From assembly GCF_009914755.1 (NCBI RefSeq), contig NC_060935.1: 64,000 nucleotides of DNA, one strand, 5' to 3'. Each line of letters opens with the position of its first letter. Position 1 is the first letter of the stretch. Below are positions 44,531 to 58,676 of this stretch, piece by piece. The notes under the pieces were generated by a model that did no database searches, had not been told where the DNA came from, and worked only from the letters and a program-made list of their open reading frames with translations. The translations under genes and the position numbers were made by a program. Source of the stretch: the human T2T-CHM13v2.0 reference genome, Homo sapiens.

Positions 44531-45173
44531 AAAGATCTCCTGATATAAGAGGACATGATCATCTGCCATGCTCTCAAGTTGCTTAACGTTCAAAAAGGCA
44601 GGTGTGTTGTGTATGATATGGTGCTTGAAGAAAGAGAAGCTCCCTTGACAAAAGGCCAGGCCAGCCGTTTGGCTCCTGTGCTGTCAGAAAACCCAGTGGA
44701 GGTGGCAGTCTTTAATGTTCAACCTCATCATTCCCAAGACAATGGAAGAAGAGGGCAGATACCAACCCAACATAGGAAGGCACCTCTTCTCTTTTCTTTC
44801 TATAGTAACTGATTCCAGAAAACTGGCCATTTCAATCAAGCCCCCGTTGCTGAAGTGAAATCTGTTACTGAGTTCTTCCTGTATTCAGGGAGTGATATAG
44901 GGTTACAGAGAAGGGAAACACAAGGTCTCTTCCCTTGAGGAGTAAACAATTTAGTGTTGGAGACAAAATTAATACATAAAACAATTAAGGGGAATTAAAT
45001 GCAAGGCTAGAGGGTGTTTTAAGAAAATTCTGCCTGTTGACTTTTTCAACACAGTATCCTCAGGGTCTAGAATATTGCTTGGCACACAGTATATGCCAGA
45101 AAAAAAATCTTTGTTGAATAAATAAGTTGATGATGGAAATGTTAAAATAACATCTATTGTTATGAGAATAAGA

Positions 45174-45774
<601 letters not shown>

Positions 45775-45902
45775 TACATGTTATTAGAGAAAATGTAAAA
45801 ATACAGAAGACTATAAAGAAGAAGTAAAAAAGAAAGGCTAACCAGCCAACATTTTTGCTATATTGCTATATTTCTTCTTAGTTCTTTTTTCTAAATACAT
45901 GC

Positions 45903-45906
<4 letters not shown>

Positions 45907-45939
<33 letters not shown>
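45907..45939. repeat. (CA)n microsatellite
   Basis: Pure AC run. Confidence 0.97.
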
Positions 45940-45943
<4 letters not shown>

Positions 45944-46942
45944 TCATACTTTCTTTTAAGAACAGAATTGAGACTTGAGTTTTATAGCCCGATTTTTTTC
46001 TCTTAAAATTATATTGTGAACATTTTGCTGTGCCATTAAGTATTCTTCAGAACATTATTTTTAATGGCTGTATCATATAGTATTCTACAAATAAATCATG
46101 GTGTATGTAGCCTAATTTATTAACCACTTCCCTATTGTTGAACATTACTGTTGGGAACACCAACAACAGCTTTTATTTGTTGCTTTGCTCTGTTCCAAGT
46201 ATTGTGCTGAGCTTTTTCCCTTGATGCATAATCTCATTTAATTTTGTTCTCATAGCAATCTAATGAGGTAGAATTCATTAGACCCATTTTACAGGGGAGA
46301 AACATGAAGGTCAGAGGAGTAATGTGTCAAAGGCTGCAATTCCAGAAAGAGGCAAATCTGGGATTCAAGTCCTGGTCCCATTTGATGTTAATGTCCAGGC
46401 ACTCAAACATGACCCTGGCCTGCCTCACCAGCGTGTATGAGGAAGGTTCATGCTTTATCAGGCCATGAAAGAGATTGAGAAACACATATCAGAAAGGCAG
46501 GAGGAGACACGGAAGAGAGGAGTATGGAGGCAACAAAGGAGAGATCTTAAGTAGGAGGAAGTGCTTTTCTGTATTCAAAGCTGCGAAGATAGAAGGACAA
46601 GACCAATGCAAAAACTGATTAATCTTTTTCAAGACAGGCATTTCAGAAGCATAATGGGGGGTGAAATGCGTGTTCCTAGCTCAGTGCTCCTGATTTGGTG
46701 GTAGTGGAGTGACAAAACCATTCATTTATTTATTCCCAATACTGGGAGTCATGGAACAGCCTTCATAAGGTGGCATCCAAGCAGCACAATGTCCCTCCTG
46801 TTCCTGAGCATTTCCGCATCCCTGCATCAGTGAGCAGTATCACTAGCAGGAGCTCAGAGGCTTGTAATGGAAGGCAGGGACATCACCCTATAGGGACAGC
46901 AGAACTGCAGGGTGACCATAGGGGCTGGCCGGGGACCAGGCA

Positions 46943-47054
46943 TAGGTGACCAGCTTTCCGGGTGTGCCTTGGACTGAGGGGTTTTCCTGGAGGCAGAACT
47001 TCCAGTGTTAAAAACAGGAAAGTCCCAGGTAAACTGGGATGGTTGGTCACCCTA
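46943..47054. mobile_element. MER81-like hAT-Blackjack MITE
   Basis: Inverted ends TAGGTGACCA...TGGTCACCCTA; internal ggactgaggggtttt. Confidence 0.8.
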
Positions 47055-47389
47055 GGCTGAGGCCCAGCTCAGAGTCTGGGCTTATCCAGGGGCAGGTCCG
47101 TGCAGGCTTCCTGAAAGAGTAGCGAGGGATCCGGCGCTGTTTGCGCATGCTCACCTCCCACTTTCGGCCCTTGCAGGCTGCCTTTCCCTTGGCCTCCTCA
47201 CTGAAACTTCCTCCACAAGGGTCACCGATGAACCTTACATACTGCCAGATTCCACAGCCACTTTTGGTCCAAGTCACTGTCATCCCTCACCTGGGCTACT
47301 GCAGTAGTCTCCTAATGGTCCCCTGCTTCTATCCTTTGCCCTACAATCTATTTCCAACCCGACAGCCAAAGTGACCTTTTCCTTAAAAA

Positions 47390-48060
47390 TTGAACTTTTT
47401 TTCATTAAGAAATAATGTATACATAGTAAAACTCAAGTGTATTAATACGCAATTCTGCATGCTTTGGCAAACACATGCAGTGGTTTAACCTCCACCGTAG
47501 TCAAGATGTAAAAATGTTTTTTTTTTTTCACTCCAACTAATTCCTCTGTACCAACCTATTTCCTTACCCCCAGTCCCTGTTAACCACTGATTTCTGTTTC
47601 TAAACTTTTTGCCTTTTTGGAATGGCATGTAAATAAATCATATTGTATGTAGCCTTTGAGTCTGGCTTCTTTCACTTAGCATAATGCATTTGAGATTAAT
47701 TCATGTGGTGTGTGTTAGTAGCTCATTATTTTTAATACTGAATAGGACTCCTTTATTATGAATATTCTGCAGTTTGTCATCCATATGCAACAGATAAATG
47801 ATGTGTGATACTTTCCAATTTTTGGCAGTTATAAAGTTGCTCTCTAAGCATTTGCATACAGGTTTTTCTGGAAGTTTAAATTTCTGGTTCATTTGGGTAA
47901 ATGCCTGGCAGTGGGATTGCTGGGTTGTATGGCGAAAGTATGTTTCATTTTATAAGACTTCCAGGCTGCTTTGCAAAGTGTACCATTTTGCATTTCCACC
48001 AGCAATGTATGAGAGTTCCAGTTGCTCTGCAGTCTCACCAGCCCCTGATATTATCAGCTA
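47390..48060 (-). mobile_element. Old L1M (L1MB/MC-like) 3' end
   Basis: tctggcttctttcacttagcataatgcatttgagatt; gggattgctgggttgtatgg; ccagcaatgtatgagagttccagttgct. Confidence 0.85.
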
Positions 48061-48092
48061 AAAAATTATTTTAAAAATAAAAAATTATTTTA

Positions 48093-48227
48093 ATGTGCCA
48101 CCATGCCTGGCTGATTTTTTGTATAGACGGTGTTTCACCATGTTGCCCAGGCTGGTCTAGAACTCCTGAGCTCGAGCGATCTGCTGACCTCAGCTAGAAT
48201 TACAGGCATGAGCCACCGTGGCCTGGC
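48093..48227 (-). mobile_element. Alu fragment (left arm and linker only)
   Basis: ccaccatgcctggctg...attacaggcatgagccaccgtggcctggc; right arm and tail absent. Confidence 0.85.
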
Positions 48228-48831
<604 letters not shown>

Positions 48832-49011
48832 TCAAAATTGTTTTGTCTATTCTAGTTCCTTTATCTTTTCATATAATCCTTTATTGAAAATAAATTGTGT
48901 ATATGATGCAACGGATGGATAGAGGTTCTTTTTTTTCGCATATGGATGTGCAATTTGTTCCAGCACCATTTGTGTGGAAGACTATCTTTCATCCATTGAA
49001 TTGCCTTCATA

Positions 49012-50426
49012 CTTCCTTGCAGGAGGGGCAGCAGCCAGCACGGGGGCTCACAACTGCCTAACATGCTAAGCTCCCTGGGTTGGGGGAGGGCGGCATTCAT
49101 CTCTAGCTCCAGGCTGTGCTTTTCCCCTGCTGGAGCCAGGGAGGCTGGATGGTTTGGTCCCAAGACTTGTCTCTCACAGCCCAACACGTGGGCTGTGGCA
49201 TACTGTGGCCAGAGTGCCTCTTCAGGCCTAACCCAGACTCATCTTTCCTCACTGGGCGGGGCTTCCCTGCAGGAACTCCAATAACCCCAGCCACAGGCTC
49301 AGAGACAGAACCCTGATCTCCCTGGGCCTGAGCCCCTAGGGGGAGGGTTGGCCACAGTCTCTGTTAGCCTTTCCTCGTGGTAGTTCTGAGGAATCTGGGC
49401 AGCCCAGAGGAGTGGGTTTCCCCCCAGCGAAGCACACCTCCTCCACCAAGGGACAAAGTGCTTTGCTAAATGGGTCCTGTTCCCTCTACCACTCAACTGG
49501 GTGAGACCCTCTAGCGGGGGTTGTCAGACACCCTATGCAGGAGTGATCCTACTGGCATTAGGTTGGTGCCCCTCGAGGTCACAGATCCCAGAAGATGGAG
49601 CAGGAACCCATCTTTACTGTTCTCCAGCCTCCTTGAGTGACATCTCCAGACACGGGAGCAAACCAGATGAATAGGGCCTGTAGTGAACCTCCAGCAAACT
49701 GCAGCAGCCCTACAGAAGAGTGACCTGACCATTGAAAGAAAAACAAACAGAAAGCAACAACAACAGCATAAACAACAACAAAAAACCCCCACAAGAACCC
49801 CATCCAAGGGTCAGCAGCCTCAAAGATCGAAACTAGACAAACTCACGAAGATGAGAAAGAATCAATGAAAAAAACGCTGAAAACCCAAAAAGCCACAGTG
49901 TCTCTTCTCCTCCAAATGATCGCAGCATCTCTCCAGCAAGGGTGCAAAACTGGATGGAGGATGAGATGAATGAATTGACAGAAGTAGGCTTCAGAAGATG
50001 GGTAATAAAAACTACGCTGAGCTAAAGGAGCATGTTCTAACCCAATGCAAAAAAGCTAAGAACCTTGATAAAAGGTTAGAGGAGCTGCTAACTAGAAAAA
50101 CCAGTTTAGAGAGAAATGTAGACCTGAAGGAGCTGAAAAACATAGCACGAGAACTTCATGAAGCATACACAAGTATCAATAGCTGAATTGACCAAATGGA
50201 GGAAAGGGTAGCAGAGTTTAAAGACCATCTTGTGAAATAAGGCATGCAGACAAAACTGGAGAAAACAGAATGAAAGGAATGAACAAAACCTCCAAGCAAT
50301 ATGGGACTTCATAAAAAGACCAAGCCTTTGATTGATTGGAGTAACTGAAGGAGATGGGGAGAATGGAAACAAGCTGGAAAACACACTTCAGGATATTATC
50401 CAGGAGAACTTCCTCTACCTAGCAAG
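49012..50426 (+). mobile_element. Internal L1PA (roughly PA8-PA13-like) fragment: partial 5'UTR + N-terminal ORF1, no ORF2 or tail
   Basis: ORF1 ATG at 49851 (MRKNQ); AELKEHVLTQCKKAKNLDKRLEELLTR; ends at caggagaacttcctctacctagcaag (QENFPNLA-like). Confidence 0.9.
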
Positions 50427-50571
50427 TCTGTTAATAGCTGGAAGTTTTTTTTGCAGTTGCTGCCTTTCAAGTTGAGAAAAATTGCTTCTATTGCTGAGAG
50501 ATTTTATTATGATTAAATATCGAATTTTTCAAATGCTTTGTTTGCACTTGTAGAAATAATTATGTCGTATT

Positions 50572-51341
50572 TGTTGTTGATTGAATTATGTACCCCCAAA
50601 ATATTTGTTGAAGGCTGTCTTAGTTCATTTGTGGTGCTATAACAAAATACCAGATTGGGTAATTGATAAACAATAGAAATTTATTTTTGCAGTTCTGGAA
50701 GCTGGAAAGTCCAAGATCAAGGCACCAACAGATTTGGTGTCTGTTGTAAACCTGTTCCTCAGAGATGGTACCATCTAGATGACCTTGCATGGCTGAACGG
50801 ACAGAAAGCAAAAAGGGAATGAACACTGTCCTCACATGGCAGAATGGAAGAGCAAAAACAGCCTAAGCTAATTTCCTCCAGCTCTTTTATATGATGCTAA
50901 TCCATTCACAAGCACCCCACCTTTATGCCTTAATCACTTCCCAAAAATGACCCCATGTCTTAATACCACCATAATGGGGATTACGTTTCAACATGAATTT
51001 TGGACAGGAGACCATCATTCAAATAATAGAAAAGTCCTAATCTCCAGTTCCTGTAAATGTGTCCTTATTGGAAATAAGGTCACTGCAAGTGTAATCAGTT
51101 TAAGATGAGGTGACATTGAATAGGGTGGACCCTAAATCTAATGACTGGGTGTCCTTAAAGGAGACAGAGACTTGAAGACACAGTAAAGAATTCTTCCCTA
51201 CAGCCCTCAGAGGGAGCATGGCTCTACTGACACCTTGATTTCAGACTTCTAGCTTCCAGAACCTGGAGAGAATACATTTCTGTTGGTTTAAGCCACTCAT
51301 TTGGTAGTAATTTGTTATGGCATCTCTGGGAAACTAATAGA
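50572..51341 (+). mobile_element. MLT1 (C/D-like) solo LTR, split by an MST LTR
   Basis: 5-bp TSD GTATT at 50567-50571 and 51342-51346. Confidence 0.85.
50616..51031 (-). mobile_element. MST-type MaLR solo LTR
   Basis: TGTCTTAGTTCATTTGTGGTGCTATAACAAAATACC...; TSD AAGGC/AAGTC. Confidence 0.87.
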
Positions 51342-53033
51342 GTATTTCTTCCAGTTTGTTGACATAGTGAATTTCATCCATTGATTTTTTTTCTTTTTAA
51401 TGTTAAGCATCCCTTGCATTCCTGGGATAAGTCACACTTGATTATGTGTTATCCTTTTTAATTATCGCTGGTTTTAATTTGCTAGTATTGCTTTTTCTTG
51501 AGGATTGTTGCTTTTGTATTTATGAAGAATATTGGTATACAGTTTTTTTTTGTTATATATTTGTCTTATTTGGTATCAGGATAAAACTGGTCCCATAAAA
51601 TGAATTGGGAAGTATTCATTTTTCTTTTATATTCTGAAAGATTTTGTAGAGCATTGTTATTTCTTCTTTAAATGTATGATAAAATTATCTAGTGAAGCCA
51701 TCTGTGCCTAAAGTTTTTTTTTTTGGTGGGGGGCTTTAAAATGCAAATTTTACTTATTTATAGAACTATTTAGGCTATTTATTTATTCTTAAATGAGTTT
51801 TAGAAGTTTGTGTTTTTCAAGGAATTTGTCCGTTTCATCAGATTGTTAAGTTTATAAACATAGAATTGTTTGTGATATTTATTTATTATTTTCTTAATGT
51901 CTGTGGTAATGATGGTAATCATGATGGCCCCTCTTTCATTCCCGAGGGTTAGATTTCATTTCTTTTCTCCTTTTTTCTTAGTCAATCTAGATAGAGGTTT
52001 ATTGATTTTGTAGATCTTTTCAAAGAACCAGTTTTTTTATTTCATTAATTTTCTCTATTGTTTTATTGATTTTGCTCTTTCTTTCCTTTGGTATGTTTTG
52101 GGTTTAATTTTTCTTTTTCGAGCTTCTTAATGAAAAATTTAATCAATATAAGACTTTTCTTCTTTTGCAATAAAAATATTTAAGGCTATAAATTTCCCTC
52201 TAAGCATTTTCTTTAGTGCATTCTGCATATTTTGATATGTTGTGTTTTCATTTTTATTTTGATTCAAAACATTAAAAAATTTCCCTTGTGTCTTTGTCTT
52301 TGTCCATGGTTATTTCAAAGTACGTTGCTTAATTTCCAGATATTTTTCTTCTATTGATTTCTACCTAAATTTCATTATGGTCTGAGAATGTACTTTTTAT
52401 GACTTTAAGTCTTTCAAAGTTTTTAGATTTGTTTTGTGGCTCAGAATATGTTATATATTGTCAAATGTTTCATGTGCACTTGCAAAGAGTGTGTATTCTC
52501 CTGTCGTTGGGTGGAGTATTCTGAAAATTTCAGTTAGGTCAAGTTGGTTGGTGGTGGTGTTCAAGTCTTTTCTATCCTTATTGATTTTCTGTTTGATTAT
52601 TCTATTAAATACTTAGAGAGTGTGTTGAAGCCTCCCATAAGTGTAGATTTCTTTATTACTCCTTTCAGTTCTATTATTTTTTGTTTCATGCATTTTGAAG
52701 CTCTTTTATTAGTTGTATATACATTGAGGATTTTTATGGCTTCTTGGTGAGTTAATCCTTTAATGTTATTTTAAGTCACTATTGCTTGAAATATTCATTG
52801 TTCTCACTTCTACTTTGTCTAATATTAATATAATAACCTTATTTGTTTTTTTATATCAGTTTTCTTTTCCATGGTATATCTTTTTCCATTCTTTTGCTCT
52901 TAGTTTATCTCCCTGTGTTTAGAGAGCCTAAATTTGAGTTTTACTTTTATATCCAATATGACAATCTTTGTCTTTTAACTGATGTGTTTAGATTGTTTAT
53001 GTTTAATGTAATTATTATATTATTAAAATCTAA

Positions 53034-53403
<370 letters not shown>

Positions 53404-53508
53404 CCTCTGTCTTCTTTTGGATTAATCCTTTTTTAAGATTTCATTTTATCCACTATAGGCTTATTATTTATCTCTCTTAGTATTTTTTAGAGCAATTGCA
53501 TCAGAGTT

Positions 53509-53511
<3 letters not shown>

Positions 53512-53542
<31 letters not shown>
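53512..53542. repeat. (TA)n microsatellite
   Basis: Pure TA run. Confidence 0.95.
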
Positions 53543-53545
<3 letters not shown>

Positions 53546-54133
53546 CTGGATTATAGTCTACTTCAAATACTATTTCTCTGATAGCATATGAAACTTACAA
53601 CACTATATTGTCTTTTTCCCTCCCATCCTTTGTGTTATGGTTATCTGTTTTACATTCACATATATTGTATATATCAATACATTTTTTTATCTTTAGATGG
53701 CCAGTTATCTTTCAGAGTAATTAAAAATAGAAAAAAAATCTTTATGCCATTTAAAATGCTTTGTATTTCTTTGTGTAGATTCAAATTTCTGTCTGGTATT
53801 ATGTTACTTCTTGAGGAACTTTATCATTTCTTCTAGTGCAGGTCTGAATCTTCCTGGCTTTTCATTATCTCAAAAAATCTATTTCTCCTCTATTTTTCAA
53901 AGATTTTTTAGTGACTACAGAATTCTAGATACATTTTTTTGTTTTTTGGTTTTTTTTTGCTTTTTTTTCCCCCAGTGTTTTAAAGAAATCATTTCATTGT
54001 CTTTTGACTTGCATAGTTTCTGATATTGGCTGTAATTTTTATTTTTATTTCCCCATATGTAATGTGTCTTTTTTCCCATTGACTACTTTTATAATTTTTT
54101 CTTTATCCTTGGTTTTCAGCAGTTTGAATGTAA

Positions 54134-54544
<411 letters not shown>

Positions 54545-55046
54545 TTAAAAAGTATTTCTTTTGTCCCCCTCTCTTCGTCTCTCTTCCCGTTTCAATAACA
54601 GGTATGTTAGACTGCTATTTTCTCACAGGTTTTAGATGCTTCCTTTTCCTCTTCTTTCTTTTTTCACTGTTTTTCTATTTGTGTTTCAGTTTGGGTAAAC
54701 TGATTCCTCAGCTTGTGTCTATTCTATTGATGAGGCTATTGAAGACATTCTTTATCTCTGTTACTGTGTTTTTAATTTTTAGCAATTTCATTTAATTTTT
54801 TCTTATAGTTTTCATCTCTGTGTTAAAATTACACATCTGTTCAGGCATGCTGTGTACCCTTTCCACTGAAGTCCTGAATATATTAATTAATATTATTTTA
54901 GCTTTTCTAGATGATAGTTCCAACATCTTGGTCATATCTGAGTCTTGTCTTATTGATTATTTTGTCTCTTATCTGTGATTTTATTTTTAATTTTTTTGTG
55001 TCTCATGTGAGTTTTTGGTTGAAACTTGTTGCCCTGTGTAAGACAG

Positions 55047-55583
55047 TGAGAGAGGAGAAAGGGAAAAATCCCAGTCAGGTAGGCAGTTAGGGTGTGTCTT
55101 TGTTTGAATCCCTTCAAACAAAAGAACAACCTGCAGGCACAGATAAGGGAACTTGCACAGGGGGGTTTGCCTAAGACATGCCCACAGCCACACAGATAAA
55201 AAACGCTATGCAAGTGACTTGCCCAGACATACCTGCAATGGAAAATTCCATCCCCTGACACATGAGCAGTAAGGGGAACAAAGCAATATAGAGTAACTCA
55301 AGCTAAGGGCCCACATGCACATTAGGATGGGGTGGACCTACCAGAAATTCACACCTTATGCCAATGAGACACCCATCCCTCACTGGTTTTTTTATAAAAG
55401 CCTTTGCATTCAACTGTAAAAATGGCAACCCTTTTCCAGGCTTTTTCTTCTTTTGCTTATTAAACTTTTGCTCCAACGCCACCCTTTGTGTTCACACTCC
55501 TTAATTCTCCTGGTCATGAGACAAAGAACTCTGGGTGATACCTTACAAGAGACTGCTTGTGGTGCATTGTTGAGACTGTAACA
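55047..55583 (+). mobile_element. ERV1-class solo LTR (LTR9/MER61-like, tentative)
   Basis: TG...CA ends with 4-bp TSD ACAG; TATA-like TTTATAAAA near 55391; ATTAAA near 55459. Confidence 0.85.
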
Positions 55584-56092
55584 ACAGTAGTGACTGAGAT
55601 AAACAATATTTATTCTTGAAAAGAGTTGATCTTTTCCTTTGCTAGATTGTTAGTTTTGGGGGTTGAGTCAATCTAGTTAAGAGTGGAGCTGGGCTTGGGT
55701 TTTGTTGTTTTTATGGTTATCCTCGGAGCACTTTATCATTTAAATTCTTCTGGTTGTTACCCCATGCTTCTTGAGGTGACTATTTTGCCAGAGGTTAGGT
55801 CTCCATTTGTACCTACATCTTAGAGATTATGTTTCCGTGCTCTTGCTCCTCTCCCAATACTAGATTTACATTAATTCTTGCTTTATAGTCTCATGATGGG
55901 GGATGTAGGGGGCATTCTTTGTTGTTCTTGTTTAGCCTAAATCTTAGGTGTTGTAACATTAAATCTTGGTGAGAGGACATCCTCAGTAATTATATCCCTT
56001 CCCCAGGGGCAGAGAATCTCTAATGATTAGGGTCCAGGACATTTCCCTGGTTACCTTTCAAGGTGAAAAGTGTTTTGGGGGAAGTTCCCTTC

Positions 56093-56502
56093 TGTTGGGG
56101 GCTAAATTGTGCTCCCTCCCCTAACTTCATATGTTGAAGTCCTAACTCCCAGTACCTCAGATTGTGACTATATTTGGAGATAGAGCCTTTAAAGAGGTAA
56201 TTAAGTTAAAATGAGGCTGTTAGGGAGGGCCTTATTCTAACCTTACTTGTATCCTTATAAGAAGAGAAAATTTGGACACAAAAAGAAACACAAGGGGAGC
56301 TCACACAAGAGGAGAGACCACATGAGGACACAACAAGAAGATGGTCATCTGCAAGCCTAGGAGAGAGGCCTCAGAAGAAACCAAATCTCCTGACTCCTTC
56401 CTCTTGGACACTAAGCCTCCCAAACTGTGAGAAATGCATTTTTGTTGTTTAAGCCACCTACCCTGTGGTGTTTTGTTATGGCAGCACCAGCAGACTCATA
56501 CA
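56093..56502 (+). mobile_element. MLT1B-like solo LTR
   Basis: ttcatatgttgaagtcctaactcccagtacctcag...; TSD CCTTC/CATTC. Confidence 0.88.
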
Positions 56503-56910
56503 CATTCCCCAAGCTGTAGTGAATCCTCAGCTGTGGCCTGAGAGTGATAGGGAAGGTTTTGCTGCTCTCCTCTCACTGGCTGAAGACTTCTTGTCCTTGG
56601 AGGAGAGAGGGAAGAAGAATCCAGGTAAGGCTTTATGTATCCTTTCTTTAGATTTCAGGTTAGTTGGTTGCCCAGAGACCTCAGCTTTCAAGAAGTTGTT
56701 AATTTGCAGATTATGTGGCTTCTCTGTTGTTACAATGGTGGAAGGGATGCTCTTTCCAGCTTTCCACGGCCTGAGTAGAAGCCAGAAGCCAAAGTCATCC
56801 TTTTAAGATGTAAATCAAATCACGTCACTCCTTTGCCCAAAACTCTCTCATCTCTTTCCCATCCTTTCAGAGAAAAAGAAAGTCCTTTAAAAATCTACCA
56901 GGCTCTAGAG

Positions 56911-57232
56911 CAGTGATTGTCAATTCTGGCTGCACATTGGAATCACCTAGGGAGCTATTAAATTATCTGTGCCTGGGTCTCACCTCCCAGAGATTCCGAT
57001 TTAATTGGTCTGGGGCAAGACTCTATTATCTTCCCGCCACCCCAAAGGTCCTCAGATGCCTCTGATAAGCACTCTGGGTTGAAATACATTGTCCTTTACC
57101 TTCGTGCTCAAGACACAGCCATTAGCAGTCGTGGCATAGTATAGGAGCCTGTTATAAAGGGAGAATCTTATACCTGCATTTTAATACATTACTCGGATGA
57201 TTCATGTGCACATTGCAGTTGGAGAAGCGCAG
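56911..57232. mobile_element. MER5A/MER5B-like hAT MITEs (adjacent)
   Basis: ctggctgcacattggaatcacctagggagc, cagagattccgatttaattggtctgggg and ctgcattttaa..gatgattcatgtgcacatt. Confidence 0.7.
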
Positions 57233-57528
57233 CACACAGAACCTTACTCCCTACCCCATGTTCTCTCTCTGAACTCATCGCCTGCTACTCTGCCTCTTGA
57301 CAACCCCACCCAGTTGGACCAGCCTCCTTGGCTTTTCTTGAACCTTTCAGGCAGATTCCTGCCTTGGGGATTTTGCACTGTTTGTTCACTTTATTGTTTC
57401 TCCCAAACAGCTGCATGGCTAGTTCCCTCATTTCAGTGAAGCCTTCTCTGCCCAACGACCCACCTTCCACTTCCCTCTCTCTCTCTCTCTGTCTCTCTCT
57501 CCATAGTACTTGTCACCTTCTAACACAT

Positions 57529-58134
57529 TGCATTAATTTCCTAGGGCTATCATAACAAATTTTCACAAACTATGTGGCTTAAAGCAACAAAAATGTGTCT
57601 CGGTCTTGGAGGCCAGAAGTCTGGAACTCAGGTGTGGGCAGGGCTGGTTCTTTCTGGAAGCTGTGGGAGAATCTGTCCCAGGCCTCTTTCCTAGTTTCCA
57701 GTGGCTGCTGAAAATCCTTGGCATTTCCTGCTTTGTGGAGGTATTGCTCCCATCTCTGCCTTCATCTTCTCATGGTTTTCACCTCTGTGTGTCTGTATGT
57801 GTCAAATTCCCCTCTTTATCTTATAAGGAAACCAGTTATGGGAGTTAGACTTCTTAGCATTTCTTGTTTTGTGGAGACATTGCTCTCATCTCTGCCTCCA
57901 TCTCACATGGTTTTTGCCTCTCTATGTCTGTATGTCTGAAATTCCCCTCTTCTTTATCTTATAAGAAAACCAGTTACGGGATTTAGACTCACTCTAATTC
58001 CAGTATGATCTCATCTTGAGATCCTTAATTTAATGACATTTCCAAAGACGTTACTTCCAAGTAAGTTCCCATTCACAGGTACCAGAGGTTAAGACTTGGT
58101 CATATCTTCTAGGGCCACTATTCAACCCACTACA
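57529..58134 (-). mobile_element. MLT1 (C/D-like) LTR with an internal ~136-bp tandem duplication
   Basis: tttcctagggctatcataacaaa...attcaacccactaca; 57717-57852 repeated at 57853-57990. Confidence 0.87.
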
Positions 58135-58676
58135 TATACCTAATAAATTTACCTATTTATCTGCTTGGAATCTGTATTTCCACATTAGAAGGAAATCTCC
58201 ATGAGGGTAGGGCATCTTGCCTGTTGCATTCACTTGACTGCTTTACTTGGCACCTAGAATAGTAGCAGGTACGTAGTAGTGCTGGATAAATCTTGGACTG
58301 ATGACTGAGTGCATCTCATTTCTTCCTGCTGCAGCATCAGGCATGGCTGTGCACCTCTTTTATTTCCAAACTCCTCTTCTTTGGTTTCTGAGACTTCCTC
58401 GCTCTCCTTGTTTCTCTTTTGCCTTCTCTGGTTGTTCCTTCCCAGTCTCCATGGTTGGAGCATCTTCTTTTACTCAATCCTTCACCGATGTGTCCCTGCT
58501 CCTCTTTTCTACTCACTGGATTTCCTTGTCCCAGCAACTCACCTACTTCCATGGTCAGTCACTTCCTGGATGCAGATTACCCACATTTCCTGGTTTCCAT
58601 CCTGTCTTTCTTCTAAGCCCCATTTCCAGTTTCCCTTTTTATCTGAACACCACACAGGCACCTTATGATGAAGGTA

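Larger units (their letters stand above)
40739..44542 (+). mobile_element. Near full-length fossil hAT/Charlie (Buster-group) DNA transposon
   Basis: Left TIR TAGAAGTTCTTAAC; right TIR ...AAGATCTCCTG; 8-bp TSD ATATAAGG (40731-40738) / ATATAAGA (44543-44550); transposase motifs inside. Confidence 0.85.
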
